NCBI GenBank assembly: GCA_963751455.1
Contig: CAVVUN010000012.1
Span: 96,001 to 160,000, forward strand
DNA length: 64,000 nucleotides
Origin: Nitrospirota bacterium
GTDB taxonomy: Bacteria; Nitrospirota; UBA9217
Direction: 5' to 3'
A program made the position numbers and the translations under genes. This document shows, one piece after another, positions 61,761 through 64,000 of this stretch (position 1 is its first letter; every line of letters begins with the position of its first letter). The notes under the pieces were generated by a model. The model saw nothing but the letters and a program-made list of their open reading frames with translations, did not search any database and had not been told where the DNA came from.

Positions 61761-64000
61761 GGTGCGTTGCATCTGCAGTACTTCATGATTGAGAAGGTCT
61801 GCAAACAGCGCCCTGTTCGGCAAGCCGGTCAGGAGGTCATGATATGCCTGGTATTTGATGGTCTCTTCCGCCTGTTTCCGCTCCTCGCGTGTGCGCAACG
61901 ACATAATGCCGTAGACAAGGTCGTCGGCCAACTCCATCAGCAATTTGACCTCTTCCGGCTCGAATGCGCTCGGCCGGTCCGCGTACAGGTTGAGCGCTCC
62001 GATGGCCGCGTGGTTCGTGATCAAAGGAACCGCTATGGAGGACCGGTAGTTGAGCCTGGCTGCCTCTGCCCGCCATGGGCCGTAATCCGCGTCGACCGGA
62101 ATGTTTTCCGCGAACGCAGGTTTTCCGGTCCGTATGGCCCTGCCTGTTGGACCGCGCCCAAGCTCGGTATCAGCCCATGTTATCTTCACCAATCTGAAAT
62201 AGCCGTCCTCGTGTCCGGCGAAGGCGACAGGGCGAACCGATTTTTCTTCATCGTGTTCGGCAAAACCGATCCAGGCCATATAATAGCCGCCGACATCCAC
62301 TATGATCCGGCACACGTCCCGAAGCAATGATATCTCATCACGGGCGCGTATTACCGCCTGGTTGCAATTACTGATCATGGTAAGTGTCCGGTTCAGCTTG
62401 CGCAGTTCATCTTCAGCGCGTCTGCGGTCTGAGTACAATCCGGCATTCTCGATCGAGATCGCAGCTTGTGAGGCAAGCACTTCCAGGAACGCGATTCTGT
62501 CCGCGCTGAAGGCCCCCTTCATGAGATTATTTTCCAGGTACAACAGCCCGATCAGGTCAGCTCGTCTCAAGAGAGGCAAACAGAGAACCGATGCAGGCTT
62601 GTTCCGTATTATGTACTCATCAGAGGAAAACATATTCTGCTCGGAGGCATCGTTCAAGATCACGCTTTCCCGGGTCCGTGCGACATAGTTCATGATGGAT
62701 ACTGGAAGGACCGCGGAAATCCGGGCTCCCGGCTTCTGCATGACTTTGATTTCGTCCCCTTCTACCCTGGCTTCGGCCGAGATCGACAGCTCATCTTGTT
62801 TTTCCGTTCGTGCTGAGCTTGTCGAAGCACGCGCTAGGACCAAAGAACCCTTCTGCGCGCCGGCGTTCTCTATCACCAATCGCATCAAAGTATCCAGAAG
62901 ATTAGAAAGGAGTATCTGGCTGGAGATGGCTTGCGATGCCTTCACAACCGTAATTGCATCCAGCGCGCGGATCTGCGCTTTCACGCCTCTCGCAGCCGCG
63001 GCACGCTCTTCCTCCTGAAGCCAGGGGTGCTGCTCATCGAGCTGTTTCACCTTGCCGTCCGCGCCCCAGCGCAGATAGCAGGAGCGGGCTTCGCGCAAGT
63101 ATGCGCGGGAGGACGTCTCGTAGCCGCGATTGGAACAAAATTTGGCAGCCAACTCGTTGGCGAGGGCCTCATTCTGGACAAAGCCGTTCTCGCGCGCCGA
63201 GCGGATGGCCTTCTCGTAAAGGCGCATTGCGTCAAGCTCGCGGCCTTCGATGCGGGCGACCTCGGCCGCCACCAGGTCGTAGCGGTTGAGGAAGTTTTCC
63301 GGAGAATTCTCCGCCCAAATCTTGAGTTGCTCGTGGTGTGCGACGAGTGCCTGCAGCTGCCGCGGCCGCTCTTCGGCAGCCACGGCGTCATAATGGACCG
63401 TGCGCGCGAGGGCACCATAGAAATGATACTCGGCCACCTCGAAGAACGACGGCGACGTCCAGAGCAGTTGCTGTGCCTTCGCCGCGGCATCGATGGCGGC
63501 AGCGTAATCGCCCGCGTAGAAGCGCGCTTGGAGCTTGCGGATCCAATACCAGCAGGCGGCGATCGCGAGGCGAGGGTCGCCTTCCAGGTGCTGCTCGAAC
63601 CGCCCCTCGTCGAACTCCACGTCGTTGAATGACGAAAAGTCGGGCGTCAGGCCCCGTAACGTCCGCATGAGCCTCAACTGTCCGGTGATGATGTCGACGA
63701 CGAGACCGAACTTCGCCTTGCGCACGAAGGCGAGCGAGCGCTCGGCTTCCCGCTGCACATCGGCCAGCGGATCGCCGGCGGCGAGCAGGAGCGTGACCAG
63801 GCAGTTGCAGATATAACAGGCATAAGTGAGGTCGCCGGTTTCCTGCGCCGCGTCGAAGCCCCGATGCAGTAGTTCGACGCCGGTGCGCAAATGCCTCGTC
63901 CAAGGATTGATGAGGTGCCCGAAGTCCAGGTAGGTCCGCGCCTTGAAGCGCAGAACACCACGTTTCTCCAACAGATCGAAGCCGAGTTTGCCGAAGCGGA
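61728..64000 (-). CDS. Large multisensor signalling protein (helical region, GAF, GAF) whose GGDEF domain is cut off at the MITE; starts beyond the window
   Basis: EALANELAA...WGADGKV, KASQAIS...ENAGAQKG, LYLENNL, second GAF, then YHDLLTGLPNRALF immediately followed by MITE-derived residues. Confidence 0.85.
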   Translation of the reverse strand, partial: RFGKLGFDLLEKRGVLRFKARTYLDFGHLINPWTRHLRTGVELLHRGFDAAQETGDLTYACYICNCLVTLLLAAGDPLADVQREAERSLAFVRKAKFGLVVDIITGQLRLMRTLRGLTPDFSSFNDVEFDEGRFEQHLEGDPRLAIAACWYWIRKLQARFYAGDYAAAIDAAAKAQQLLWTSPSFFEVAEYHFYGALARTVHYDAVAAEERPRQLQALVAHHEQLKIWAENSPENFLNRYDLVAAEVARIEGRELDAMRLYEKAIRSARENGFVQNEALANELAAKFCSNRGYETSSRAYLREARSCYLRWGADGKVKQLDEQHPWLQEEERAAAARGVKAQIRALDAITVVKASQAISSQILLSNLLDTLMRLVIENAGAQKGSLVLARASTSSARTEKQDELSISAEARVEGDEIKVMQKPGARISAVLPVSIMNYVARTRESVILNDASEQNMFSSDEYIIRNKPASVLCLPLLRRADLIGLLYLENNLMKGAFSADRIAFLEVLASQAAISIENAGLYSDRRRAEDELRKLNRTLTMISNCNQAVIRARDEISLLRDVCRIIVDVGGYYMAWIGFAEHDEEKSVRPVAFAGHEDGYFRLVKITWADTELGRGPTGRAIRTGKPAFAENIPVDADYGPWRAEAARLNYRSSIAVPLITNHAAIGALNLYADRPSAFEPEEVKLLMELADDLVYGIMSLRTREERKQAEETIKYQAYHDLLTGLPNRALFADLLNHEVLQMQRTQHGFIGSYEQ

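Overview
Bacterial chromosomal window (about 55% GC in core genes; gene content resembles Nitrospirota or deltaproteobacteria, which is an inference). Positions 1-7.5 kb hold a decaying integron: an internally deleted intI, four attC-like hairpins, two toxin-antitoxin cassettes and an IS3-family insertion. Inside it lies the most striking element, a MerR regulator with a 19-bp-spacer promoter followed by a MerB (organomercurial lyase)-like gene. That gene has two in-frame UGA codons at the positions of MerB's two catalytic cysteines, each followed by a SECIS-like hairpin, so it is a candidate di-selenocysteine organometallic lyase that the ORF track fragments. The rest contains a surface-glycosylation cluster, housekeeping genes (secA, lptD, folC, murI, cutA, a DinG-type helicase, tex, a DEAD-box helicase), a frameshifted RND pump, c-di-GMP enzymes with a c-di-GMP-I riboswitch, a 164-bp MITE with 5-bp target duplications and many short intergenic palindromic elements. 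No rRNA, tRNA or CRISPR array was seen. Product names come from recognising motifs by eye; no database search was run.
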